A stretch of 63,572 nucleotides of DNA, the filler included, from Choristocarpus tenellus KU-1152 (lineage: Eukaryota; Protista; Phaeophyceae): NCBI GenBank assembly GCA_964200185.2. It is 9 parts of 9 records of this genome, joined end to end, with 100 filler letters (N's around TTAATTAATTAA, not from the genome) between each part and the next. Parts side by side here need not be neighbours in the genome. Positions count along the whole stretch, not along the records: positions 23,436 to 30,608 come from CAXNAD020006584.1; positions 30,709 to 40,366 come from CAXNAD020003500.1; 7 more parts are not named here. One strand, given 5' to 3'. Shown piece by piece: positions 25,481 through 38,592 of the stretch. Every line of letters begins with the position of its first letter. The first letter of the stretch is position 1. A model generated the notes under the pieces. That model was not told where the DNA came from, ran no database searches, and was given only the letters and a program-made list of their open reading frames with translations. The position numbers were made by a program, and so were the translations under genes.

Positions 25481-28400
25481 GGCAGTCGTGATTTTTTTAT
25501 CAGTGAATAAGTTGTTTTACTCAGTGTATGCAATGGGAGGTGCATGGTGGTGCAGCTACATTTGATCCACGGTGGTGTTTTTGATACTGTACTCTATTTT
25601 ATAGTGCAATTGAATTCGTACGGCAGGGTATTGGAGGGAGATTGGCTTTGAATATTGATTTGATTTTAACTGCGAGTCGTTTGTCCAGCCATCCAAAGGC
25701 TTGTGGATGCTTTTCTTGGGAAGGTGTACTATATATATGAGCGAATACGTCGTAATGAGTGTAATATTACCCAAGTTTTACAGTACGGTATTATACATAT
25801 ATGACACTTCTATACTGTGCAGGGGTGGTGTAGATGTGGTGATTGCTGCACCATCACAGCTCCATCGAAATGGGCTCACCGAGGGCAATGTTCAACACAT
25901 ATCTACATGTAACTACTCTTGAAGGCACATGGGAAGCACATACAGCAAGGGGGTCACTCTGTCGTTGTTCGGGGACAAGTCTAAAGTGCCTACGACCACT
26001 TTTGCTCGATATAACATAGGATTCTCTAATCACGATCCCTCGGTTTAAGTGAAAATCTCTCTTATATAAAATAAGAGAGGATCGGGATATAAGACACCTT
26101 TTTTTCCATGCCCCTACTCTCTCTTATATAGGTACACCGACCGTATTTTGAAATTCCCAGTTCAACTTCTTCCTTCCACCCTCTCACTTAAATCTTTCAT
26201 AGGTTAGAAAAATTTGAGATTACTAAGAGGATGAGGTTCGGAAGGTTGAGTAAAAGCCAACGATGGGGGAGTACAAGTTCGGAACTAACATGGGCAAGAA
26301 GAAGAATGTATAAAAGGGGAAGAATTGACAGGTCAAGTTGCCTAGCGTTGAGTGAAGCTGAAAATGTTCTCAGAAAAAGAATGCTGAAACTCAAGAGGAT
26401 GAAGAGAGTCAACTGAAAGAGAACCTTGTTGTTCCCCCTAAGGCTGAGGACAACATCACTTGAGTGTTGAATGTCCTTTGTAGTGTTGTGGATCCCTTAA
26501 TAGGGTTGTATTGGAAGGGTACATCGTTGTGTGTTTTGTGTAACTGACGTGATCTGATGCTTCAAGATATATTTCGACACATTCATGCGTGAAGGGTCAA
26601 ATGCGTAAAGAGTAAGTATCTATCCCCCAAAACAAATCCTCGCATATATAAATATGCCTCTTGTCATTTTCGTTTCAAATATTGTATTATGTTCTTCACT
26701 ACTTTAAACCAAGAAATTCTTGAGATTATTTATAATAGTACAATCTGTATGTAATAATGGAGTATAATTTAACCCCTTTAACATGTACTAATTTTTCACT
26801 GTTGGACTAGTATAACAAGTAGTGGAAATTGTCTATGTTTGGGAATACCAGAAAAAAGATAGACTTGCCAACCACCGGACATGGTCCAGACTAGTTGGAG
26901 AATGTTAGACCCGATCCGGCCCATGAACATGGACCAATATAACACCCAGTGGACGAGAACTTGATAGAGAATAGAAATGTTTGCCCAGTCCGGTCAGCAG
27001 ACATGGGCTGGTTCAACATGTAGCGGACATGGACTAGGATAAGTTCAAAAATTGTGGGATCAGTTCAGCCAACCGACAAGACCATTATAATTTGCTGGAC
27101 CCCTGGAAAGCCCTGAAAATATAATAATTCCCGAGCAATATCAAGTGTATGTGGCATATAGAATACTAACTCCTGTTCGACAAATAGGGACACATCTTCT
27201 GATATAGTTTGATCTATTGCTTCACCGAACACCCCCTCCCCCCTTACCCCCTACTGGATGCACATACGCCTTCAAGACCTCACTTAATCCTGCCTATCAC
27301 ACAAACTTCCCGCACAGCTCCCTCTCCATTCCACCTTTGGCATTGTAGCTGCACCACCTGCATACGATCAATACACCTCTTCCTCTCCATCCACCCGTAT
27401 GATAAATCTACTACACACATAATATAGTTGTATCACAGAGGAAAATCGAAACTGTTCGCTTTTGTTGTGCATCATGGGACACAACACATGAATATTAGTA
27501 TTGGGGTATGTTAATATCACCTCTGTTTCTCCATGTTAATACTAAGTATATCAGAACAGCTGCAGTACAGACGCAATAGGCACAAGAAGTGATTCGTGAC
27601 TGCGTAATGCAGACTAGAAAAAAGCAGGAGGCGTATATCAGTAAGGTCAGTCCGGTTTCTTGAACATCAAAGCAATGCAAACAGGAAATGTTACTTTTTG
27701 AAGCAGTTCACATTTCCAACAACCAAATCACACATAGGTACATGTTGTGGACCCTGGGGGGGTATATACTGCTTACGTACTTGTTACAGATAATGTGCTG
27801 CACACTATTGAGGTAAATGGGCTATCAACTACAAACACATGTGTGTACACAGTGATTTAAAGCACCCTCTAACATGTACTCCGAGTAAAGTAGTTCTTTA
27901 AGAGCGCGAAAAAAAAAGGAAACTTAAAATCGACATATCTATTCCCAACTACTGCTTTCCGTCTCCAACAAGCTTCGCCTGTGCAAGCACGGAAAAACCC
28001 AGTTCCCAAGTTGAAGAAGGGATGACCCGAACATTGACGAGAAGTTGCACCAATCATCTTATCTGGTGAAGCACAGGAACATCATCTGTTATGAGCAAGT
28101 GGCGTATGATAGACCCAATCCCAACTCCCAATGTCGGCCATGCCTCAACAAATCGTTTACACACTATTGTCAAGCTGGTCACTCTGCAGAATCCAAGCAT
28201 CTCACTAGCTCTGCCTAATGACCGTGCTCTGTACACTTTCGAAGTATCACATAAGCATAAGCGTCAAAACACCAAGTAACTTGGATATTATTTCCAGGGG
28301 ATACGGGCCTTCATCACCATCAGCTGTACAACATGTACACAGCCAGAGCTATCCAAAGGGTGGTGGTAACCATGGAGGCGGCATACTGGAACAGATACAA

Positions 28401-28939
28401 TCGAGCCATGAACCTCGCAGTGTTAGGAAGGCAAAGGTGGTTGAGGCTTACAATGATCAGCTACACTCATTAGCCACCATGGAGAGCACAAAGAAGGCAA
28501 CAAATTTGCAAGGAAGCGTGTAGGGAGCAGGAGGGGTGGGGGGGGGGGCGACAGCGGCAGCAGCGGCGGCGAATGGTCACTTTAAAGGGAGTGAGATGGA
28601 TGGTTTCATCAGCACTAGTCCCAGCAAAGGTGGCACGATAATACTTCGAGCATGTGGAGAGATCCCTGCAATGAGCGCCTAAGGAGATGCTGAAAGTTTG
28701 ATCAAAGCCTTTTGTACTACATTGAGTTATATTTGGAAAAAACAATGCTACTATTCGTACAGTATTGTCCCAGTACCACAGACTGACCACAGACTGACCC
28801 ATGAGAGGGGTCAGTACTTGGACAGGAACCACAGGGGCCGAGGTTATAAGAGCTACAAGTCAGTTATGACTCTGCAAATAGGCTGAGCTGGAGTTTGCCC
28901 TGAGGTCCTAGCAAGGGTTTACATGCGCAGGGGAACTCC

Positions 28940-29412
28940 CACTGTCTTTGGGGAACCACCACGGTTAGGACCACAAGGGCGTACTATAGGCGTATATGCA
29001 CAAGTGTATTTCTATGTGCGTGTGTGTGTGTGTGTTGTACTTTGAAAGTATATTGTGGGTGTGACCATACACCAGCCTGCAGTGTTATTGTTCGTAGATG
29101 ATCACTTTTTCAATTGGAGGTTAGGGTTATTTCCGCACACAGGTCAGGGTCAGGGTTAGCTTCTCAAAAATGAGTGCGAGAAAGTGAAAAGCGGTGGATC
29201 CTACAGAGGTGGTGGTTCCCCAGTGCACACTGTACTTACTCTCCTCCACCACTTCTTCCAGAACATTTCCTCGGGTGATTAGAGGATATTTTTCAGACAC
29301 ATTTTAGAGGTAGAGTTAGGGTTAGGGTTAGGTTTTCAAAAATGCATGCAAAAAAATGAAGAAAATTTTTTACAGTGGTGGTTCTCAAAGGTAAGGAGAT
29401 TCCGAAGACAGT
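28940..29412. mobile_element. Putative small TIR element with CACTG termini
   Basis: CACTGTCTTTGGGGAACCACCAC ... GTGGTGGTTCTCAAAG...GAAGACAGTG; internal duplication containing GGGTTA units; no clear TSD. Confidence 0.45.
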
Positions 29413-30173
29413 GAGTGAGGATCCTAGAAATAGGGCGTTAAGGAATGCGTAGGATCCCAAGCTAGCGGGGTGGTAGACCTCTCACTCATCCCCGATCACT
29501 AATAACTCACCACTCGATATACGTCACTTCCTAAAACAATTCCTTTTTTTTTTTTTTTTTCTAGAACTCTTCCTCTCTTTTGATACTACATTTAACCTGG
29601 ATATTGTCCTCCTCCTTGGTCACCCAACAGAAAGATTGTCAACTATCCAGTTATCCAATGGTTCTCCCACAAACTCCCTAACGATTCAACACAACCGATT
29701 GCTCCCTCAGTAAGCACTTTCCCCCCACAGGGATTCAAAGCACGATCTTGACACAGGAATGTTCCCCTCTGCGCATGACCCCACTCCAGGCGCCACTCGA
29801 GACCCCACTTCTTCTTCATCCCTCACCTCTACCTCCGCCCGTTCAAGCAACACCAAGTTCGGGGAGGTCTGAACCAATGGCGCACCCTATTGGTCCAGCA
29901 CGACAAGCCGGCAATGTAGTGGAAAAATATTGCTCTTTGAACCACGTACTTGGTACTTGGTACTGGTCCTTGTTGGTCCGACTCTCACCTGAGCAGAGGG
30001 CATGCAGAACTGAACGAGAAGGACCAGGTGTCCAAGACGGTTGTTGCCTACAATGGAAGGGTAATCCTGGGCGATGTGAAACAAGGTGAAACCCACGCCG
30101 GGCACCTGTCGGAGATGGGTCGCTTCAATGTCAGACACCAGCCAACCAGCCAACCAGCCAACCAATCAATCTA

Positions 30174-30174
<1 letters not shown>

Positions 30175-30260
<86 letters not shown>
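30175..30260. repeat. (GCAA)n tetranucleotide microsatellite
   Basis: Read directly from the sequence. Confidence 0.95.
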
Positions 30261-31385
30261 ACACACGGCAGAACCTGAGATCGATCATTGCAGTTGAATC
30301 GTGATTCCAGCGCGAAAGCGAGACGATGACGTAGGGCTCTCAGGCCTACCGTGCATGCGGGGAGAGAGATAACGCCAGCGCAGCACTAGAAGCATACAAC
30401 AAATCTTTTATAGACCTCCATTGAAACCGGCCTCCTTCAAACAAAAAAAAATACAAGAGCTAATGCTCTCTACCAACACTACCACAATAATAATAATAAT
30501 AATAATGATGATGATGATCATAGACGAAGGTAGGCAGGCGATCAAGCAGGCTTCAAGTATCTGGGGGGGGGGGGGGGGGGGGGGGGTGTCCGTTTGGGGT
30601 TAATTTTTNNNNNNNNNNNNNNNNNNNNNNNNNNNNNNNNNNNNNNNNNNNNTTAATTAATTAANNNNNNNNNNNNNNNNNNNNNNNNNNNNNNNNNNNN
30701 NNNNNNNNGGGGGTGGGGAGGGTGAGGGAGGGGGGCAACCCAAAGGCAGTTACAGAAAAAAAAAGAAAAAAAAACAATGAATTCAGAGCTGCAATGGCAT
30801 CGTAAAATACGCTGACTGAAGGGGAGACGTGAAATGAGTAGGTGGGAGGAAAAAACGTGCTCACCATGCGTGAAACCACTTTTTTTTGTTTTCGCTGCCC
30901 ATGAATATAATAATAAATAATGCATGATATATCTGAGTCTTCTTTTTTATTTTTGAGGTAGGGTGGGGTCCCCTTCAGATTGCTTGCGGGGGGACCTCAT
31001 TCGCGATATCCATTCCAATCAATCCTCAAAAAAGGGTGTATGTGTGCAGGCTTCAAGTCGCCCCAATAAAGTAAAGTCTCTTGTCAGTTGAAGTCTGTGA
31101 AATATGGCGCACTTTTTTGGAAGTACATCAGTCTGATTGTGATGGTCGTTTTGTTGTACTGAAGGCGATAAACAGCACTAATTGTACAAACAATACTTCA
31201 CTTTGCTCAGGAAGTGCATGTAAAACATCATGGTTTTTTCAGAGCATTGCGATAGAAACCATGGCATGGATACACTGCTCCAGAAAACAGCCCAGGGGCC
31301 TCAGCCATTACGTATGCTGTACTTGCTCCTCCTCCATCGCTTGCCAATAGACGTCCTGGACACACATTGTGATCTACCATCTCAC

Positions 31386-34300
31386 CAGCAGATGGCGTAG
31401 GACGTCCCCCTCTGCCAGGGCACGAGCATGGTCAGGTGTGTGTCTTCCGATTTGACCTAGGGACCAAGCACTGGCGGCTTTGATGTGATCTTCAGGTTCT
31501 GCTACCAATGCCTTGATCAGGAAAGCATAAGGGAATGTTGGTGATGCCATAGACAAGAGTAGGTTACGGAACTATTTTGAGACTCCACGGTAGGATAAGG
31601 GTTAGGTGTAGGAGAGGGTACCTCCTGAGGTATATTCAAGGGACAACTGGATTTGTGGGCATCAACAGTTACGTATATTTTCTCTTCCAAAGAATCATCC
31701 ATTTCTTCCCTAACCCTGAGACGTGTCAGAATCCTACGAGGGCCGGAGGACTGAGCAATAGGTTTTTACCTCCTTGAGTGGCGCCACTCCCTTTGATACA
31801 ATGACTGCCAGAGCCAGTGTCTCACTGAAAGCCGCTATGTATCCCACAGCCATGATCCCGGGTAGCTTAGAGTTGCCCTGGGCAAAGGAGGAGGGGGAGG
31901 AAAGGAGGGTAATGAAATTGATGTGAATTCCTTAAATGTCGTTCAGCATTAGTACTTCAACGGTGTCCCACAAATCCTGGGTGTAGATTTCAATGCCACC
32001 ATCAATCAAAACCTTTCATGATGTAGGACTGCACCCCTTCACCCACACATAACCCACATTTACTGCCACGAGAACTAGTAACTGATTTGCTCTCAACTTA
32101 TACAGCAAACCCTCTGTCCCATGGTTTCAAGGTACTGATGTCCATAACAAGTTGTCGTCGCACGGCAAGTTATAACTATCTCTTCATCTCTACGAAAAAG
32201 CTTCCCGAGCTATTTTTTAAAGGGTCTTCCAACATAATCCTCTCCGGATCTAGTCTTCCCTCCTGCCCTACCCCCACCCTCTCTTGCTGCACCTCCCACC
32301 TGTGCATCAGCCACGTAGTCCACAAGGGCAGCGGCACCGCCAGAGTTCACGATGAGTTTTGCAAGCTGTATTTGGAAGGCGTACAACAAGAGCAGTGGCA
32401 CCACAGGGTCGTGGTATCAAGTTGAGGCAACTGTTGAGATTTGGAAGGCAACACAGCCGTCCAAGCCAAGGGAGACGACCTGTGGCAATCACAGGCACAC
32501 AGAGGAGGGAGTAAACAGCAATATGCTGCTGCAAAGTCCCCATATGCTATTTTCGGGATGAGATTTTATTCTTCTGTTGAAGAGTGAATAGTGCAACGCA
32601 GTTGGTTCCTCCCTCTACCTCGTTCTGTGAGTCAAGGTTGATGCTGATGTCTATTGAGATGTAACCGATCACATGGAATACGCTTTACATGAGGTCGAGT
32701 TGAACAGAAACACCTCAGCACAATATGATCCAGGCATCAGGAACAAGACGATTTTTGTTCCATCCCACACCGTGGGCATTGCACAATGCACTACTGCTAA
32801 GGGCAATGGCAGGAACAGGACAGAGGTCTTGGATGAATGATGGTGTGAATACTAAGGAGGAAAGGTAGGAGGCAAAAGCAGCGGCATGAACAAAGTATGC
32901 AAGGCTTGATGTGGATATTGAAGGCACCTCTGGTGTGTGCTTGGCAACTTCGCGGATGCAGGTGGCTCCATTCTTACGAACGAATAGGTCTGTGTCCCTC
33001 AGGCACTTGAGGATGTTGGGGAAAACCTCTGCCTCAACCACCACCTCCGCAAGGTCTACAGAGTGCTTGGCAATCTGTCCAAGGCAGCAGCACACCTATC
33101 ACAGCACAATAGGGGAAGACCCACGGTGGGAACTGATATCACAGATATATATATATGTATGTAGTGTGGTTTTGTGTTCTGAAGGAAGGTAGGACGGTTT
33201 AGGAGAGGAGGAGGTGAGACCAATAGTGTAAAAATTAAAAGTAAGGTATGGAACACATTTCTTGAAGAATGCGTTTAGATGGCGATTAGCTTGTGGCATG
33301 AAGCTGCTGTAAAGGTGTGATGCCCCAATTATGATACACAGACGATACACAGCGTGTTTCCTAATCTCCACCTCCTCCTCATTCATCTTCTTTCGCCCTC
33401 TTACCCCTGCAGAAACATGAAATGCTCACAGGCGGTTGAAAAAGAGCATGTTCCTAGGCACATAGACAAGGCGAGGATTTGGGGGTGAACGGATCATTCG
33501 ATATCGGGCAAGCATCCACTGCTCCTGCCACACCTGACGCTTGAGTTTAGAGTCAGGGTGCATGATGAGTGGAGAAAGGTATGCCACTGCCCCTGCATCA
33601 ACAACAGCCTGTGCCAGCTCAGGTGTGTGCTTACACACATCACTCATAGCAGATGCAGATATGCGCTTGAGGGTGATCTCGGGCTCCTGGATGCACAAGA
33701 CCAACAGTGGAACAGTTCCTGCATCGAGAACATTTTGCGCCAGATCTGCCATCGCAACAGAGTTGGAGCAGGGCGATCAACTGCATGATTGATGTGAGAG
33801 ACTGTAGGAAGGAAACGACATGTCTGTGTGGATCATGTATGAGTTTCGGTTTTGCATGGAGGATGCGTTCTCTGCCTCTGGTGCAAATCATGACATATGC
33901 AACGACCAGAAGGGGAGGGTTGCACGGCAGAGGTGCATCTGGGACTGAAGTGCAGTTTATTTTGTGTTTTGACACAGCAGCCATTGACACCAATTGAAGA
34001 TGTTCGGTGGAAGGAAGGCATGTCTGACTGCACAAGAGGAAACAAATGCAACGGCTTTTCCCAGACACAGCCTAAGTGTTTTAAAACTCGGTCAAGGTGA
34101 TGGAATCACCTGGTTATACATCAGGATGCACATTAAGGACATTGAATCCCCCCTGTGGACAAGACGACAAATGCACCCTTGCATGCCTCACCAGCGGTAT
34201 GCTGAGCGATGTACCCAATGGCCCATGCAGCAGCCTCTTTAACTGTAGGGTCAAATTCCTGGCAGATCAAAATTACGTACACAATGGAGACAGCAAGTAC

Positions 34301-35947
34301 AGAACTCGCTCAATTAGTGGTGGTGTGCAAGGCACATGAAAGGAAATGCATGGGACGCCTGGATACCTCGGAGTGGAGTAACGCCTGGATAAATGTTGTT
34401 TTCGACAAGACAGATAAGCTTGGTGAGACAGTTACCGGTACAAAAAACGCCATTCAACAGTACTGAGGAGGGGGTGAGAGTTACGAGCATTTTCGGCTAT
34501 GATCGTCCACAATCATCGGCTAATGACCCACAAGTCAGATCATCTGAAGAGGTAGGCAGGGTTGCATTGTAAGGATGAGGAGGAAAGGAAAAAAGATGGC
34601 ATCTTGTACAGATACAGAAAGAGCCTTTGCTGAGTTGTGGTGTCACCTTGTGTTCGGAAAGGGGAATGTCAATTTTGCATACACTATTGTGCCCATAAAT
34701 CAGTGAATAGAGTGTATTTCACGAGGTAAGAAAGGTGGTTTAGAATGCAGAAGGGTTCAAACCTGCCTAACCCTCGATTGGTTTGGATTCAAGGTAGTCC
34801 CCCTTTGAAAGAGAATGAAGAAAACTATGCCAAAGTGTTCTATGCTTCCTCTGGTGATTAAGCAGATTTTACACGCTTTTTGTACATCAATTTTTGGTGA
34901 AGGCATTGATTAGCCCACCGAACAAGGGACATTTCCTTGTTTAAACTAACAAACCTATAAATAATGTTTTGCTTATTTCTTCTATTCGTCATATTGACTG
35001 TCATGCAGGTGACAGTCTTGGAGATAAGAGGGATGCAAAAGATAGCTGTTCTCAATGACAATGACCCACCTCCAAGCAAGGAACAAGGGCATCGAGAGCC
35101 CCTGAGTCAACCACAGCTTGGGCAAGGTCAGGAGAGTGTTTTGCAACTGCACGCAATACAAATGCTGCTGCCTTCTTATAAAACCTGCCCAGGATTATTT
35201 CAGATTGGACAGAGAGGTGGACCACAAGTTGGGAAGGTATATGTAAACCGGGAAACAGACTTAAGAACCTGGTGTATTTGACGACACAGTGGAGGGGTAA
35301 TCGCATGGGCAGAAGGTGTGTTCCAATAGGACTTTATGTCCTAGTTGCCTTCCTCTTTGAACCACACGTACCTGTTCTGCTCTGACAGGGAATATACTAG
35401 TTGAGGCAGGATTTCATTGCCTACAACTGCCTCGGCCAGGTCATCGCTATAGTTCGCCAACCGACCAAGTGCCAACGCTGCAGACTGTTGGATGCTTGGC
35501 ACCTGCACGATGAACCCAGGAGAAAGTCGTTGGAGTTTTCGGCGCGATATATCTGTGCCTCGAATTCAACTCCTTCCATGACATTTTTGCACATCCAACG
35601 TAAAATCTAGGTTTCTAGTTAGGAGAATCTTTGGAGAACTTCTGCAAATTAGAAAAGAATTAGGAGAGCTGTTCATATCTCTCTGGTACCCAAACCGCTG
35701 GGACTTTGTGCAACACAAAGAATATAGGAAGATATCAATTGTGATTGATGATGCCTGTCTTACTCCAACAATGTCCTACAGATCTCACGTTGTCCAGAAG
35801 TAGCGGTCTCAGCAACTGCATCACACCAGCATTTTGCATAACTTCGATATTTTGTGGCCTAGTGGCAGCCTCTGCGACAGCCTGAACAAAGGTCACACGT
35901 GCCTTCTGATACGCCTCAAAGTGCTGAAGCACTGAAACTCCACTCAT
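31386..35947 (-). CDS. SPAG6: Sperm-associated antigen 6 / PF16, armadillo-repeat axonemal central-pair protein, 3'-truncated
   Basis: Nine phase-consistent GT-AG exons: 35789-35947, 35372-35502, 35070-35184, 34192-34258, 33534-33745, 32928-33095, 32300-32365, 31770-31877, 31386-31511. Motifs FEAYQKARVTFVQAVAE, QLLRPLLLDNVPSIQQSAALALGRLANY, EFDPTVKEAAAW, EPEDHIKAASAWSLGQIGRH. Confidence 0.96.
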
Positions 35948-36482
35948 TGTGTTGCGTTTGGTCCTCGCAGGCCTTCAAACTGATCTGACAGGATCGCAGA
36001 ATCAACACATGTCAAATTTGGAATAGAGCATATGTCGTTTCCACCACTTGACCGACCCTAGTATTCCCCTTGCCTTCTGATTTGGTAACGCTCTACGGTG
36101 CAGGATACTTTTCGAAGGAGGCCACCAAGCAGGTTTGACTTCAACTCCAAACTACAGGGCACCTGGCCAACCCCTCTTGCCACGCGATGGTACTCAGATT
36201 CTATCGGCACCTCTAAGCCAGCTCTTTCTCCTTTGCTCTTGTTTTATTCCCGTTCGTGATGTGGATATTCAGAGTGCGAGAGTTATTGACCCTGATCGCT
36301 GATATTTTTCATACACAATCGTTTCTTGAAACGTTCGAAGTACGAATGCAAATAATAGTTGTAACCTGGCTGGTTATCTCTCCAATTCTCTGGCCTTTCA
36401 CACTGAGGCACTAAGCTTGTACGACGACTGGTTTTGACGGTTTTCCATGGAGACTAATCAGCAACGGCCATCACCAGTGGCC

Positions 36483-37831
36483 ATGGAAGATCCTCGGGAG
36501 GACGCTCGCAAATATATCGAGAGCATGGGGATCACCAAACTGTTCAAGGTGAAGGTCGTATATTTCACTCACAGAGATCAACATTATGTTCTAATCTAAT
36601 GGAAGAATATCGCGAAATTCGATTGAACCAAATAATGTTTTTGCGGCAACTATTAGTAGGAGACCGGCGCGATGTATATGACGCGGAAATAACTGACCAA
36701 GCCGGGAACTCTGGTCTTCTTGAGCCGGGGAACCCATCGATTATGATAGTCCATACTTATTTGTTTGTTCCTTAGTCACAGGATCATCCATTCCTCAAGC
36801 TTAACAACCTCCCTCCACTCCGTGCATTTACATGCTCAGGAACTTGGGACGAGAGTAATATATCACAGACCGAAGGATCCTAACGCATTCCTTCTTGAGG
36901 TCCTACAGAACCTGAGAAAGGCCAAGGAAGGGAACACTCCGGTGCGTGACGCTCATATTGTATCTCAGACCGAAACCTCGCACGGGCTGGCATGTATCTT
37001 TTCTTCCTAGTGTTTAGTACACAAGACAAGAAGAAACACCCGGACAAAGCATGAGAGATCAAGATGATGATTTGCAGCACATGACCTCGAAGGTGTATCT
37101 TGTCCTGTGCCCATGCTGCCTCTCCTCAGCTGTAGTGTTGAACTCGTCTCCATCAATCTCTTGCATATGCAGACCACGTTCTTCACACCACAAGATATCG
37201 AAGCCATGTTCTCGATGTTTGACCCAACTCAACGTGGTCATATTGGTCCTTCCCAGTATGAACAAGGTGGGGGCAAACCCAGTGTAGGTAGAAGGGATGA
37301 GTACAAAAATAGGTGGGTGAATGAGACGTACGCATCAAAGATTATGCAGAGGGGAGACTGATCCCTGATTAACCCTTTTCCCATCTTTCCCCAATCATAC
37401 CACTACCAACATTTCAACATATTTGTGCCCATCTCAAGTGATATTTCATGTATGTGTGTGTCCTGTTGCATGCACAGCGTTGAAGACTCTTGGGATTGAT
37501 AAACCTAGGACAAAGGCACCGCAAGGGAAGAGAATAACGAAGGAGAAATTCAAGAAGTGGATGTGAGTACGGTTGGACATCAACTCAACTACTCTCACAA
37601 ACGATTGACTTATAGTAGTATCCCATGATATCAAGACAGATAAACGCAATCCTTCTTCTACTATACAATCACTCACAACTGGCTTAGCTCTCCTTACCTC
37701 ATTCCCAATCTTCTTGTGAATTTTGCATGGGGGCAGTAAGCCTAATGAGTTCGTATGAGAGTTGGATTGAGAAAGTGCACAGTGTTTCATTGAGTAGGTG
37801 TTCTATTGAGGTGGAAGAGGATCATGACTAG
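36483..37831 (+). CDS. EFCAB10-like protein (RIIa/Dpy-30-type dimerisation domain plus EF-hand)
   Basis: Phase-consistent exons 36483-36548, 36840-36941, 37173-37266, 37478-37562, 37798-37831: ARKYIESMGITKLFKELGTRVIYHRPKDPNAFLLEVL...FTPQDIEAMFSMFDPTQRGHIGPSQYEQALKTLG. An alternative in-frame ATG lies at 36447. Confidence 0.85.
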
Positions 37832-38343
37832 GAGCAGAGAGTAGTGTCACAATATTAAGTTAAAGTGTTGGGCGTTGCTTAGACAGCATGGAATATGAAC
37901 ACCTCAAGGTTGGGTGTGAAGGGAAGTATGTTACCAGGTCTCCTTCCACTGAAAAAGGGAATGTAGTGCCAACAAGTAGGCACACAACTTAATTTCGTGA
38001 AAGATAGAGCAGGGGGATTTGTTATACTCTGGGTAGGGATTACAAAGTTAGTCAACAGACCATTTTAATGAGGGAGGTGACCTTGATTCCTTCAGTCACT
38101 CTACACTCCGGGTCCTCTTCTTACATGAAACGTATGAGATCATGATCCAGTGGTCCCTTCATGGATTCTGCACTAGCCTCCTGTGCTCTTACGGAGTAAT
38201 GCTACTGAAATACTGATAAGGCATTGGAAAAAGAGTCAGCGTGCTGTTGCAGATTCCATAGAAAGAGAGATAATGCTGTGTGGTGGAAACTTGTTCACTG
38301 ATCAAGGACATTGCTATATGAAAGAAAGGGGTGTCAACCTGTG

Positions 38344-38592
38344 GAAACAAAGTATCTGGGAGGGGATGCCAGCTGTCCTTGCAGGGCCCATTTTTCCATA
38401 TCGTGATTTTGTTTTGATCTTGACATCATAACACAGTCCACACGAATCCAAGTGCTAAGGACATACCCAAAGTGAAGGATATTTCCCGCTTCATCAAAAC
38501 AGGACAAAACTCAAATAGACCATTTTTCCAACACCTGGTCAGGGCCCGAATGGACACCGTGGACTAGACCCCCCACCCCGATACTTTGACCC
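38344..38592. mobile_element. MITE family B, diverged copy
   Basis: CAAAGTATCTGGGAGGGG...GGGCCCATTTTTCCATATCG...CCCCGATACTTTGACCC. Confidence 0.7.

Noticed and set aside
36440-36454. RFX X-box-like GTTTTCCATGGAGAC between the flagellar genes
   Set aside because: Imperfect match that overlaps an in-frame ATG of the EFCAB10-like gene; to my knowledge RFX factors are not established outside the opisthokont/amoebozoan side.
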